Source: Chrysomallon squamiferum | Lineage: Eukaryota > Animalia > Mollusca | NCBI GenBank assembly: GCA_012295275.1 | Contig: CM022673.1 | Location: 15,686,001-15,750,000, forward strand | Direction: 5' to 3' | DNA length: 64,000 nucleotides | Shown: positions 28,440 to 40,360 of the stretch, in pieces | Layout: each line of letters begins with the position of its first letter | Numbering within the stretch: the stretch's first letter is position 1 | Made by a program: the position numbers and the translations under genes | The notes under the pieces: model-generated | Databases searched by the model: none | Seen by the model: the letters and a program-made list of their open reading frames with translations, nothing else | Told to the model about the DNA's origin: nothing

Positions 28440-28508
28440 ATTTAAATTTTCCGGATCTATTTGCTTTTAAATCAAATTATAACGCAAAGTGATCCGGAAA
28501 ATGTAAAT
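28440..28508. other. Imperfect inverted repeat / hairpin (~25-bp stem, 19-nt loop)
   Basis: tttaaattttccggatctatttgc (28441-28464) vs gcaaagtgatccggaaaatgtaaa (28484-28507): 21/24 complementary. Confidence 0.8.
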
Positions 28509-28885
28509 GAAAATGAATGTGTATCTATTAATGCATATTTATTTGTAACTGTATTTGTATGTGTTTGTTTATGTATGTATGCATGAGTATGTGTGTTTGT
28601 ATACGTATATATATATATATGTGAGTGTATATGAGAATTATAATCACATTTTGTTTTAAATATTCAGTTCTTTCGGCTCATTACTTTAATCATTCATTTT
28701 AATATTTTTATGTCCATGTTTTCCCATCCTTTTATTTTATTACTTATATATCGTCATGCACTCTTAACATAGAGGAAAGGTTTCTGTATAAATAATAGTA
28801 ATAATATATCTTACAGAAAGCTGTTATTGCATTTTCTGTGACAAAACTTGTTTATATTAATGGATAAGCTAAAAAAAAAAAAAAG

Positions 28886-28926
<41 letters not shown>

Positions 28927-29254
28927 AAAAAATGACTAGAGAAAAAAAACAATTTATTACCTCGGTGTTAAAAATCTCAGTAACATCCAATAGCACAGCA
29001 ATAAAACAATAGACATATGGTAGAGAATGTAGCCAGGGGCAAAATTCGTGTCCATAATGAAATAGCAGGCTAAAATATGTGGCATTTTCCGGACAAGTTT
29101 TTGTCAGCACGCGCCTGTATGACAGGTAAAACAGACACACCCCGAGCATTTTTTTCTCTGCTTTGAAATATCTGAAATGACACAGTGTCATACCTGGTAC
29201 AGGTAGACCAGGTGAAAACAAAACAAAAAAAAAAAAAAAAAAAAAATATTAAAA

Positions 29255-29512
<258 letters not shown>

Positions 29513-29932
29513 CTGCATTTGATATTTTATTATATAATTTATATATGTGTCTGCAGGTCATTCCGCTGTCTATTTCATTCATTCTTTATTCCTTCCATTC
29601 ATCTCTCTCCCTCTTTATTTATTTCTCCGTTTTTCTTTGTATTTCTTTCTCTTTAATACAGTTTCCTTTTCGATATTTGTTTAACATCTAATTGTCCTAC
29701 CTGAAACAATATGTGGTTTTTTTACCAAAAATTGCTGCATATGAATTCTATTTGACCTCAGGACTAAGACAGTAGATAATAAATTTTGTTATTCAGTACT
29801 TGTTAAATCCGTGTTTCAGTAACTGTATTGTTTAACAAAAATTAATTCACTTTAACTCCTGTAGATCCTGGATTTCATAACAGTAATCGGGTGCACACTG
29901 CAGAGAGAAACTTCATTTTGCTTTTCACACAG

Positions 29933-29964
29933 CCAATGGTATCCAGCTTAGAGGGAACGCCAAG
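29933..29964 (+). other. Candidate small exon (32 nt)
   Basis: Acceptor ttcattttgcttttcacacag| and donor AAG|gtatgt; open frames PMVSSLEGTP(R/S) or xNGIQLRGNAK. Confidence 0.3.
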
Positions 29965-30197
29965 GTATGTAAACCAGAACTCCGTCATCCGGAGAAAACC
30001 AAGACGTTGTCAGACACGTGGAACATCATCACACTGAGACACGTGTGTGACAAGACGGGGAGACAGACGTGGTGACAATTATCACCCGTGCTAGAATGAG
30101 TGATGTTCTAAAACAAGATTCAAACACTTGTTTTACTCGCTTACCAAAACCTCCAAGTCTAAACCGTCCATTGGTCTCATCTTGCACAGATCTCTGT

Positions 30198-30320
30198 TTT
30201 ATTTCTCACTGAATTTAACTCAATGAACTCCTTCTGTAATCTTTGTGTGTGTTTTATTTTTCATTGAATTTAACTTGATGAGCTCTTTCTGTCGACATTT
30301 GTTAGTTAATTTGATGAACC
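30198..30320. repeat. Diverged ~55-bp tandem duplication
   Basis: tttatttctcactgaatttaactcaatgaactccttctgt vs tttatttttcattgaatttaacttgatgagctctttctgt, plus a partial third copy. Confidence 0.8.
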
Positions 30321-31213
30321 CTTGTTTTCCGTAAACTGTTTCTGGTCTTTTATTCTAGTTACTAAACCAAGGAACAAAATGTGTATGAATAAACGAACGA
30401 AAGGGTCGGACGAATTTTTTTACCGCTGTGTATTTTCACATCTAGACTGGAAATTTGCAAAGTGGACGAATATTATCTTAGACAAGTGTTTTAACCACTG
30501 AGCTGACACTGACACAAAAAATCCCAGAAAGAGACAGAGAGGTACATTATAAAGAGTGACAGTTAAATGGAAGACAAATACAGATTTATAAACAGCTAGA
30601 TGGATGAATCAGTGAATGCGTTGGGTATAAATGTGTGTACGGTGTGTATAAGTGTGTGTGTGTGTGTGTGTTTTAGTGTTACTTGATTAATACTTCTGAT
30701 TATAACATCTGACCACATTGCACTGACTATCCACCTCAGCCATCCTTTTCTAAAACCATATAATCTCCCGAAGCTTAGACACTTCATACCATCAACCAGA
30801 GGATGGTAACTCCGTGTCGGTTAGCGCCGTCCGTGCGTCCACGATTACGCCACAAGTTACTGCATCTTATAAGTCACTTGTCTTAGCGAGGCCGCTCGTA
30901 TCTCGACTGGCTAATCTGGACTTCAAAGAGCAAGATGACAAAGTGAGAGGTTTGTCACAACAGGTGTCGTAATTTCATTTTCCGTGAATATTTTCATACG
31001 GTCTGTTTGCTCTGGAGTTTTGGGAAACCGTGGATTTTCAAAGCCGGGGTGTTGTTGTCGACGTTAGGAATGTCGTCGTGTTAATAGGTTTGTCTATGGA
31101 TAAGGCTTTTAGTGGGAGCCGATTTTTCATCCACACCGTTCTCTGCACGGAGATTAGGAATAAAATTTGAATGTTGTCAAGTTACTGCTATTGTTTTCGT
31201 ATTTGTTTTCCTT

Positions 31214-31216
<3 letters not shown>

Positions 31217-31287
<71 letters not shown>
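31217..31287. repeat. (TC)n microsatellite
   Basis: Visible tandem tract. Confidence 0.96.
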
Positions 31288-33539
31288 GTCGGTAATTCTA
31301 TTTATCTCTTCTTCTTTTCTCCATTTATCTGACCGACTCATTCCATGTACATTTTGCTGTCTTTCTCTCCTTTCTGTTACTCTTTATCTTTTATCTTTCT
31401 CATAATTATTCTATTTTTCTGTTCCTCCCTCTGTTTTTTTTCTTTTGTTTTCACAACCTATCTAACAATTACGATTCATTCACAATAACCTCTTTTCTGT
31501 CACCGTTCTCCAGTTAACCTCGATATCTGCTAACCAAGAATTATGTACACGCACGGACGTTACATAATGTCGCTGGAGATTCGGAGCCATAACAAAATAT
31601 ACATTATCACGGACTGCCCTTACGGGGGCGATGGGAAGTTTGCTGTAATTTAGATCCATCTGCCATTAGCAGTCCTTAAAATATGACAGGTCACACAACG
31701 TGCACGTTTTGCCTAGGAAACCCTACATCTATATAACCAAAGATGCAAGAAAATAAAGCAGCATCTCGGATGTTAATTAGAATAAATGGCTATGCAATGG
31801 GCGTATATTTTCACTGATTATGTAAATACGTAAATATTTATTTGACAAAACGGTTACCTCCTTGAAATTAGGTAGAGGATTATTTTGCTTATACAAATTA
31901 AAAAAAAAAATGTTTAAAGATGTTAAAAGGTGTTTTTTGTGTGAAACTCAAATAAATGCATTTTTTCACGCCTCCACCCACGTCACTAAATAACCTCACC
32001 CCCATCCGTGAAGCTGCATACACTTACATAAAAAACAAAACATAATTTAGTGACAATATGTCACACTAAACCTACATACATTTCAGCACTAATATTTGAA
32101 TAATGATATGAAAGTCGACACTTTAGTCTACCTGTATTATAAAGCACTAAGATTTCCTTTATATACCACTCGCCACACTCATACCCAGTTATTTACAAAA
32201 GACGTCAAGAAATCTGACAGTAACTAGAAATAGCCCAATTAGCATGTATAAGAGTACTGAACCAGTGACCTAAAATTATTTTAAGTTTGAGATTTTATTA
32301 CCTGGATTTTGCTAGTAAAAATACATTATAAATAATTAGCTTTATTCATTAATACAATATCTGACATGTCCTTTGATGCAAACTGACATTTTTATTTAAT
32401 TGCACGAACCGGTAAACATATATGAATACATATGTGTAGTCTTCATGTCACACAAGGGCACACAGACACAAACAATATATTCATAAATTGAAAAACATGC
32501 TCAAAACATATATACTTGTCTACATAAATACATAAACACAGAGACATACACATACGTAAATAAACACACGTATATACACATATATACATAAACAAATATA
32601 CACACATACATTCTTATACACACTCACAACCATAATCATAATAATTCTGCACACTCGATGATAAATACCTTATTACACAATGTAGGTATCAGTTTACATA
32701 TGCAGTTTTGGCTTACTTTACACCATGCTGCGATGTAACTTTTTAATTCACTGATATATGTATTACTGGTCAGAGTTCTGTCTACATCTTCTTATCTTGT
32801 ATATCATATTTACAACAATAGCTGTTTACTACCTGATAACATTTAACTGTATGTATTTAAATATCAATAAATATTTAAAAGTATATGTTACACCGGAGTA
32901 TAATAAGCACATACCGCTGTTTTATTTTTTATTTTGTTTTCTCATCCATACATTCTTTTCTTTCTGTCCTCTTGTTTTCCATCACTCACTCACTCGTTCC
33001 CGATACTGAACAAAATGGCGGATTCAGTTATTTATTTACGCTAAATATGTCGACAATCTTTCTTCATTTTTTTTTCTTCAATTTTTTTTTTTCTTTTTTC
33101 TTTTTTCTTTTTTCTCTTTCTACTTTAAGTTATTTTGTACACTGCTGCTCTTTCTTTAGTTTTTTTAATCTATTTTGTTTCCTCAACACTAATTATTTTA
33201 CGACTTCTACAAAGCAACATCCTTGTCAAAACTGTTTTCTTTACACTTATTTAGTCAGAGTGGTTTCGTGGTCTGGCTATTCATTCAACTCTGGCGCATA
33301 ATTCATCTTCTTCTTTTTTCTGTTACTTTTTTTTTTTTTTTTTTTTTTTTTTCTCCACCTTCCCCGTAAATTGTGTTTCAGCTAGAATGAGTAAATAAAG
33401 AAAACAAACACACATACGACTTATATGTTAGTACCAGTATTACACAGCGATGTATGGTATATAGATAGATGGACAGAGGGACAGACAGATAGATATGTGT
33501 GACAGCATGTTCAGAAATATATAATAATACATATATACG

Positions 33540-33649
33540 TAATACATACATACATACATACATACAAACAGACAGACATACAGACATACATACATATATA
33601 CTCATACATACATACATACATACATACATACATACACACATACATACAT

Positions 33650-33688
<39 letters not shown>

Positions 33689-33712
33689 TACAGACAGACA
33701 GACATATATACT

Positions 33713-33744
<32 letters not shown>

Positions 33745-33912
33745 CATACACACATACATACATACATACATACATACATACATACATACAGACATACAGA
33801 CATACATACAGACAGACAGACATACATACATACATACATACATACATGCATACATACAGACAGACAGACAGACAGAGAGACAGACAGACATACATATATA
33901 CTCATACATACA
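33540..33912. repeat. Compound (TACA)n/(GACA)n satellite with higher-order unit
   Basis: Tetranucleotide tracts punctuated three times by catatatactcatacatac (~33593, ~33703, ~33893). Confidence 0.96.
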
Positions 33913-34645
33913 TGCGGAAAGAGAGGGATCTGGGCCACTATTTACTTATTTCATAAGCACTGTTCACTATAAAGTATTAAAATCTACAAAATCTTTATGA
34001 CTCAGACATACGGCTGTTATCTAGGGATTACAGAATTACACAATATAATATTACTTCAGCCTTTCAGTTACAAATACTATTCTTGAATTTTATACATGCA
34101 CTTATCAGCTGAGGTTTTTATACATAACAGAATATTGGGTGGATCAAAAACTAAGTCAAATAACTGCAAGAAACGTGCACACATAAAAGTCTGTTTTACA
34201 ATATATACGACAGTGCAGTTCTGACACTGTGATATAATATAACGTCTGGGAAAATACGTAATTGCTTAAGTTACAATTCATAAACTTTACTTTATTGCCT
34301 AGACTGTCTTTTGAGGTCTTTTGCGTACGAAGCTGGACAGGCAGGGTATAACTACGCCCCTTTTGACTGACACATTTAAACGAGGGATTATATTTTGAGG
34401 ACTTAGATAAAGGATAATCATGCTTATGAATAATATTATGAGGTTTTAGTTTTGTTTGTTCAGGACGATTAAACGCAGAGAAGAGAAGTCATAGGCTGCA
34501 GTACGATGTGAACAAAAATTAAAATAGTGATAATTTATAAAGTGCAGTTTAGGAAATCAAGGACATGGTTAATGATATTAATTAAGCAGATTATTTATTC
34601 ATTATTCATTGTCTTTTTCTTAATATCTACTCTTTGTTTTTGTTT

Positions 34646-34647
<2 letters not shown>

Positions 34648-34694
<47 letters not shown>
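34648..34694. repeat. (TC)n microsatellite
   Basis: Visible tandem tract. Confidence 0.96.
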
Positions 34695-34698
<4 letters not shown>

Positions 34699-35950
34699 AT
34701 ACAAAAGCATAGTATCAAAATCAAAGTACAGTAATCATTGCTATGATCCAAGTTAATCAAAGCTGCTATATTACCGACACCAAAAATCATTTTGTTTTCA
34801 TTCATGGCTTGCCAGACACAAATCCCACTTTAACGGCGAAGGTTGAAGTTAGTGAATGAAACACCTGGAACCAATCAAAGACAATTGTGAAGGCGTCTTC
34901 AAGTTTGATTTAAGTACAAAACAAGCATAAGGTTTTGTTTTTCGTTTTGATGGCAACACAAAAGCGCAGAATGCAGACACAAGAGCAAATCAGGTCTACA
35001 TTACGATTTGTATTGTGTATATCCCTCCTGAATCCGCGCTCTGCAGCAAAAAAGCTCCTTTGGCATGCAGTTGTTTTGTCAGTAGTCTTCGGCGGCAGGA
35101 AAAAAGAGGAAAGTGTTAAATTGACGATATTTGAACCATGTGTTGTTCGGAGAGCTCGTAGCGTAAACATCGCATTTACAAGTGTTGGAACTTGTGAATG
35201 TTTGCTTCAATTTGCTTTGTATTAGGAGTAATGATACAATGGGATTCTTATCGCGACACGAGAGGGGATCTAACAAAACAAAATAACTTCGTAGAATGGA
35301 TACAATACACGTTTGATAAACTTAATCAAAACTGTCTTGGTCCAACTCCATTGTTTTGAAATATGAACCAGAGTTTGTGAAAATGTTGAGTCTAACGACA
35401 GACTTAGAGAACATTCTTAAACAGTAAATATTTAGATTATATCAGTGTTACATTCAGTAGCTATATTACATTCTTACTGATAGCTTTGTAACAATTAGCT
35501 GAACAATGTGTTTTCTGGATTCAGGGGTATTACTACATGTTCATTATTGATGCATTTAACAGGAAACGCTAACATATACGCAATAAACAAAAAACGATTT
35601 CATAAATATTTACACAAGTTTTTATTTTCTTAGTCCTGAACACAGGCATGCACATAAAAACGTACCTAAAGTAACCTTTTTAGTTTTTCATGATCTAAAA
35701 AAAAAAAAAAATAGAAAACAAAAAGAGGAATACACGAACGAATTTTTCTTTAAGAAATTCCATCAAAATCCATCGCCAATCCTAAACTTTTAACAAGGAA
35801 AAAACACTTTAAAAAGAAGAAGCAAAAGGAATTCCAGAATTTACATGCGTGGAATGACCAAGAGGTTAAGTAAAACAACCTTTGTCGACTGTCAATAGAC
35901 AATTTACCTAAAGCATACCTTTGACACCTGACCTTATGCAACACATGCTT

Positions 35951-35960
35951 ATGACGTCAT
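35951..35960. promoter_or_regulatory. Perfect CRE palindrome ATGACGTCAT
   Basis: Exact match to the CREB/ATF consensus TGACGTCA within a CpG-containing unique segment; function unproven. Confidence 0.25.
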
Positions 35961-36258
35961 TTGTGGCAGGACGTATTGGCGCCCTGGTGTAAAATTTGCC
36001 GCGGGTATTTCAGAACTTTTAACTGGGTGGTTTAGTGTGATGGTTTGACAGCCTATGGGGTCTTTGGCTGAAACCATATCGAGCGACATTCGACAGACAA
36101 TATTTTTATTTATTTATTTAATCATTTTAATCTTGCGTGTTTCTTTTCATCGTAGAAACAAACAAAAATGAAGACTGTACCATAAAGTCCGAATATGTAT
36201 TGACAGATAGATAGGTAGATAATAATCGTGATTCATTATGAGGACACCACACACACCT

Positions 36259-36426
<168 letters not shown>

Positions 36427-38313
36427 GTAATTCGGTCTCTAAGTGAATATATAGTACATATGATAGAGTGAGAGAGAAGATAATGATATTTGTAAATAAC
36501 GATTGTTACGAGTGACACCTGTGTGTTACTAAATAAACACTAAACATAATAAGAAAATTATATATCGGTAAATTCCTATTTTTAACACCTTGTTAAATAC
36601 ATCTTCGACCAAAATGATGATGAAAATGATGACGACAATGAAAACGACCAAGCATGGTGACAATGAACGCAACAACTGTAACGACGACAACGACGAATGA
36701 TTGACAGAAATGAACAGCGACCTCCCTGATGTCATTAAGTTCGTATTAAAGGTTTGGGGGTCAACACTTAACATAATTGATGGAAGGTTTTTCAGATTTA
36801 AAAGGCGTGGTTAAATCCTATTTATGTTATCAAGTGACGGACATACAGGACTTTAATCAGCGCTGACACTTTCTAAGCACACATTCGAGAAATTCTATAC
36901 TGTTTCATCTTAAATATGTCAATCACAGGAACGCATCGACACCATGCGAGTTTGCAGAATACACCTTTGAAAAGAGGACATGCATGCATTGTTAGTGTGT
37001 GATCTAGTTTACCGTCTTCCTTAATACTCTTTTTATCTGGAAATATTTTCTAATTATTATAAAGCAAAAATATGTTCACAATTTCTTCTTCTTCATCTTC
37101 TTTCTCTTCTTCTTCTTCATCTTCTTTCTCTTCTTCTTCTTTGTCTTCATCTTGTTCTTCATGTTCCTTCATGTTCCTACTCAAGCGATTATTATTACTC
37201 TCATCATCATCATTATTATTACCATATTTATTATCTTTATTATTATTATTATTAGTTCTGTTGTTGTTATATGATTACCATTCAGTTATTATTGGTGTTG
37301 TTGTTATTTGTGATAACGAGAATTGTAACTGAAGTCGTTAGCACCTAATTAAAACGATGATGTTTTAACTCATCTAAAATCGTTATCGTTGAAGTAATTT
37401 TGTTCAGTATATTGTTAAACCTACAGTCATGTAAGTCTTTCTGTCTTAGTGTTCATTATGATAACTGCAGCAAAGTGACTGTTGTGGTTTTCTTTTCAGA
37501 AGTAGTGAAAAGCAGCAGAAACAGTAGTAATGGTGGAAATATAAGCTGCTGTTGTATTAACAGACGCTGCTGCTGTTGCTATAAAGATGTGGCTGAGGGG
37601 GTAGAACTGTAGCAGCTTTGTTGTTTACTAATGTTGCGAAAGATATTGCAACAACTGTAGAAAGACTGTCATTGTTGTTCTTGTTAGCTGTAACACTCTC
37701 CTGCTTATTTAAAATCTGCCAAAAACAATATTAAAATCAACTGTAAATATTGTGGTAATGCCTGATTTCGTCAAAGTAGTAGTAGTGGTTTTGAACACGT
37801 TAGCTTTACCACTGATGGGTAAAACAGTATATGTCTTAATCAACACTTTTACCATACATATGTGTTTCCATGCCCCATTTAATAGTTATATTTGCACCAC
37901 TGCTATATATAAAAGATGCACACTGATGTTCTTTATCTGTTTACCAGAAGTAAAAAATAAATAGGAGAAATTTCATTTAACAGTTTTTTTCCACAGCGCA
38001 AGTAGCAGCGCTCGTAAAGCAAGTTTCTTTCTTTTTTATCACTGATGCAGTTTTTCCTTTTACGATCGCTAGGTGGAGCTGTAACCATCTGCGCGTGCTT
38101 CCCCAACCGTAGCCGGTACAGAGCTTGTTGTATATTTTGTAAAAAAAAAACAGACGTACTTAAGTATTTACCGAATACCTCCCGAAAACAACCGACAAAG
38201 ACCACATAGCGTCGCGTGACTGTTTAAAAATAACGACACTTTTTTTTTTTCCTTTCTACTTAAGTTTTCTTGGAAAAGATAGCGGTGACTTTATGGGATA
38301 CATTTTTTGTTAG

Positions 38314-38344
38314 ATTAGAGACAACTGAGAAGATACGTAATAAG
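38314..38344 (+). other. Candidate small exon (31 nt)
   Basis: cattttttgttag| ... consensus donor AAG|gtaagt; open frame xLETTEKIRNK. Confidence 0.28.
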
Positions 38345-38506
38345 GTAAGTTGTAATAATATATCTTACACGATTATGCAGCAATAATAAATAGGCCACAG
38401 GTGAAGATTTTGTAGCCTTTATTCAGTATACTGTATACGATTAGTTTAGAAGATGTGAACACGCTGTCGAATAAATCTGAACATATATAATTTAACTCTC
38501 TTATTT

Positions 38507-38767
38507 GAATGCGGATTTACTTTTTGGGGGGCCTAGGGCCTGAGGCCTGGCTTGTTATGGGGGCCCTTCGCAAACTGCAACGAGATCTGTGTTACCATGG
38601 TTATCTTCTTCTATTGCTTGTTATGTAACAGATTTTAAAAATATAGCCACACGTCAAATTTTGGTTAAAATTTGGAAGTTATGTTGACTAGAGTTACTTC
38701 TGGGGCCCCTAAGGGTTCAGGGGCCTGAAACTTAAGCTTCATTAGTTTCATAATAGAATCGACCCCT
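38507..38767. mobile_element. Decayed non-autonomous DNA transposon (MITE), GGGGCCC-rich, possibly PIF/Harbinger-type
   Basis: Degenerate termini gcggatttac (38511) and tagaatcgacccct (38754-38767); clustered ggggcc(c) subterminal motifs at both ends; 3' ggcctgaaacttaagcttcattag resembles a widespread invertebrate MITE end (recalled, not searched). Confidence 0.65.
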
Positions 38768-40189
38768 ATTTAATGACTACTTGCACAGTTAACTATCTCA
38801 TTAGTGTAATACTAAAATAGGAAGATGCACATATCGAAAAACAAAGGTAGATAAATTAGTGTGTCTCTCCTTTTTTGTGTTTATGTGTGTTTTTGTGTGT
38901 GATTGTGTGTGTGTGTGCGCTCGCCTGCGGGTTTGTTGTCACTGAAAAATAGATATTACGTGAATGAAACATTTTTTGGTCCTCGGGATAAGTAGTGGAT
39001 TTCTACACTCAAACCACGACACCGCCCCTATGAACCGCGCCTTACTCGGGTATATGCTAGATTATATTACCACACAGAGCATGTTACCAAAATATATTAT
39101 AACTGTTTCACCTTCATTACGCTGAGTCATTCTGTGATCCTTTACATAAAGTCAAGATAGCGATAATAATTACATCTAAGGAAATTCAAATCCATCGCCT
39201 CTGGCATATCTGTTAACACCATGAAATTAGTATTAACATTTTATAACTTTTTCATTTATCTATAAATTCTAAATCTGTCAGTTTACTGGTATAAATGATT
39301 AGCAATTAGATTTGTGTCACACAAACAAACACACACATATATGCACAAATATACACACGCCCGCACACACTTATACATGCTCATACATACACAAACACAC
39401 ACACACGCACATACACACACACACACATACACACACACATACACAAACGCGCGCGCACACACGCACATAGAGGAACCAGCATGTTAGTAAACAAATATAA
39501 TTACAGACCGTTAACGTGAAATAAATTGTATTTATCTTTCATCAGTTTTTTTATACAAAACCAAGAAAACTTGACAAACAGACATCCCTACACTACTCAT
39601 TTTCAGTCACGAGTGAAACTGCTCTCTGTATAAAAAAAACTCCGAATCGTTTTAACCCTTCCTCCACTTCAGCTTACTCCACTTAACTTTCCAGATAATT
39701 AGTCGCCACCTTTCATTCGGATTTTGATTACCTTCAGAAGAAACATCCAGATTAATGAAGACTTTCAGAAATTCAAAGAAGAAAAAAGCTTTAATGTCAC
39801 AGTTGAAAGGAAAAAAATAATTTATATACAGAATTATGTATTTATAATGAAAAGCATACAGCCACTTACGATGATTTATTAATAAATAGTGAAAACGAAC
39901 ATAAATATATATATATATATATATATGTGATGTATTTATAAAATGTACTTAATAATGACGCATGAGATAGCCGTAGGTAAATGTTTTGATTTTAATATTT
40001 ATTGCACTCTATTTATAACAAAGGGCTTTAAAAATATTTATAGATAATATCACAGGCGACATTATCATAACCAGAAATAGAGACAACAGTCATAGCACAA
40101 ATGCAGAGATTATAAAAAGCATATGTATCGTTTATTTATCTCAGTCAGCTTCATCATTATACAGTATATATATACACACACACATACAC

Positions 40190-40326
40190 GTAAATACATA
40201 CATAGATACATATATAATATTCATGCATGCATACAGACATACATACATATATAATATTCATGCATGCATACAGACATACATACACACATATGCATACAAA
40301 CATGCATATATACATACATACATACA

Positions 40327-40358
<32 letters not shown>

Positions 40359-40360
40359 CT
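40190..40360. repeat. 38-bp tandem duplication followed by (TACA)n
   Basis: atacatatataatattcatgcatgcatacagacatac x2, then a TACA tract. Confidence 0.9.

Noticed and set aside
29856-29878. cctgtagatcc similarity to miR-10
   Set aside because: Only 11 nt match, the seed and 3' part differ, and no complementary arm is visible
34910-35276. Overlapping ORFs of 65-96 aa in unique sequence
   Set aside because: No convincing splice sites or recognisable motifs; lengths are compatible with chance
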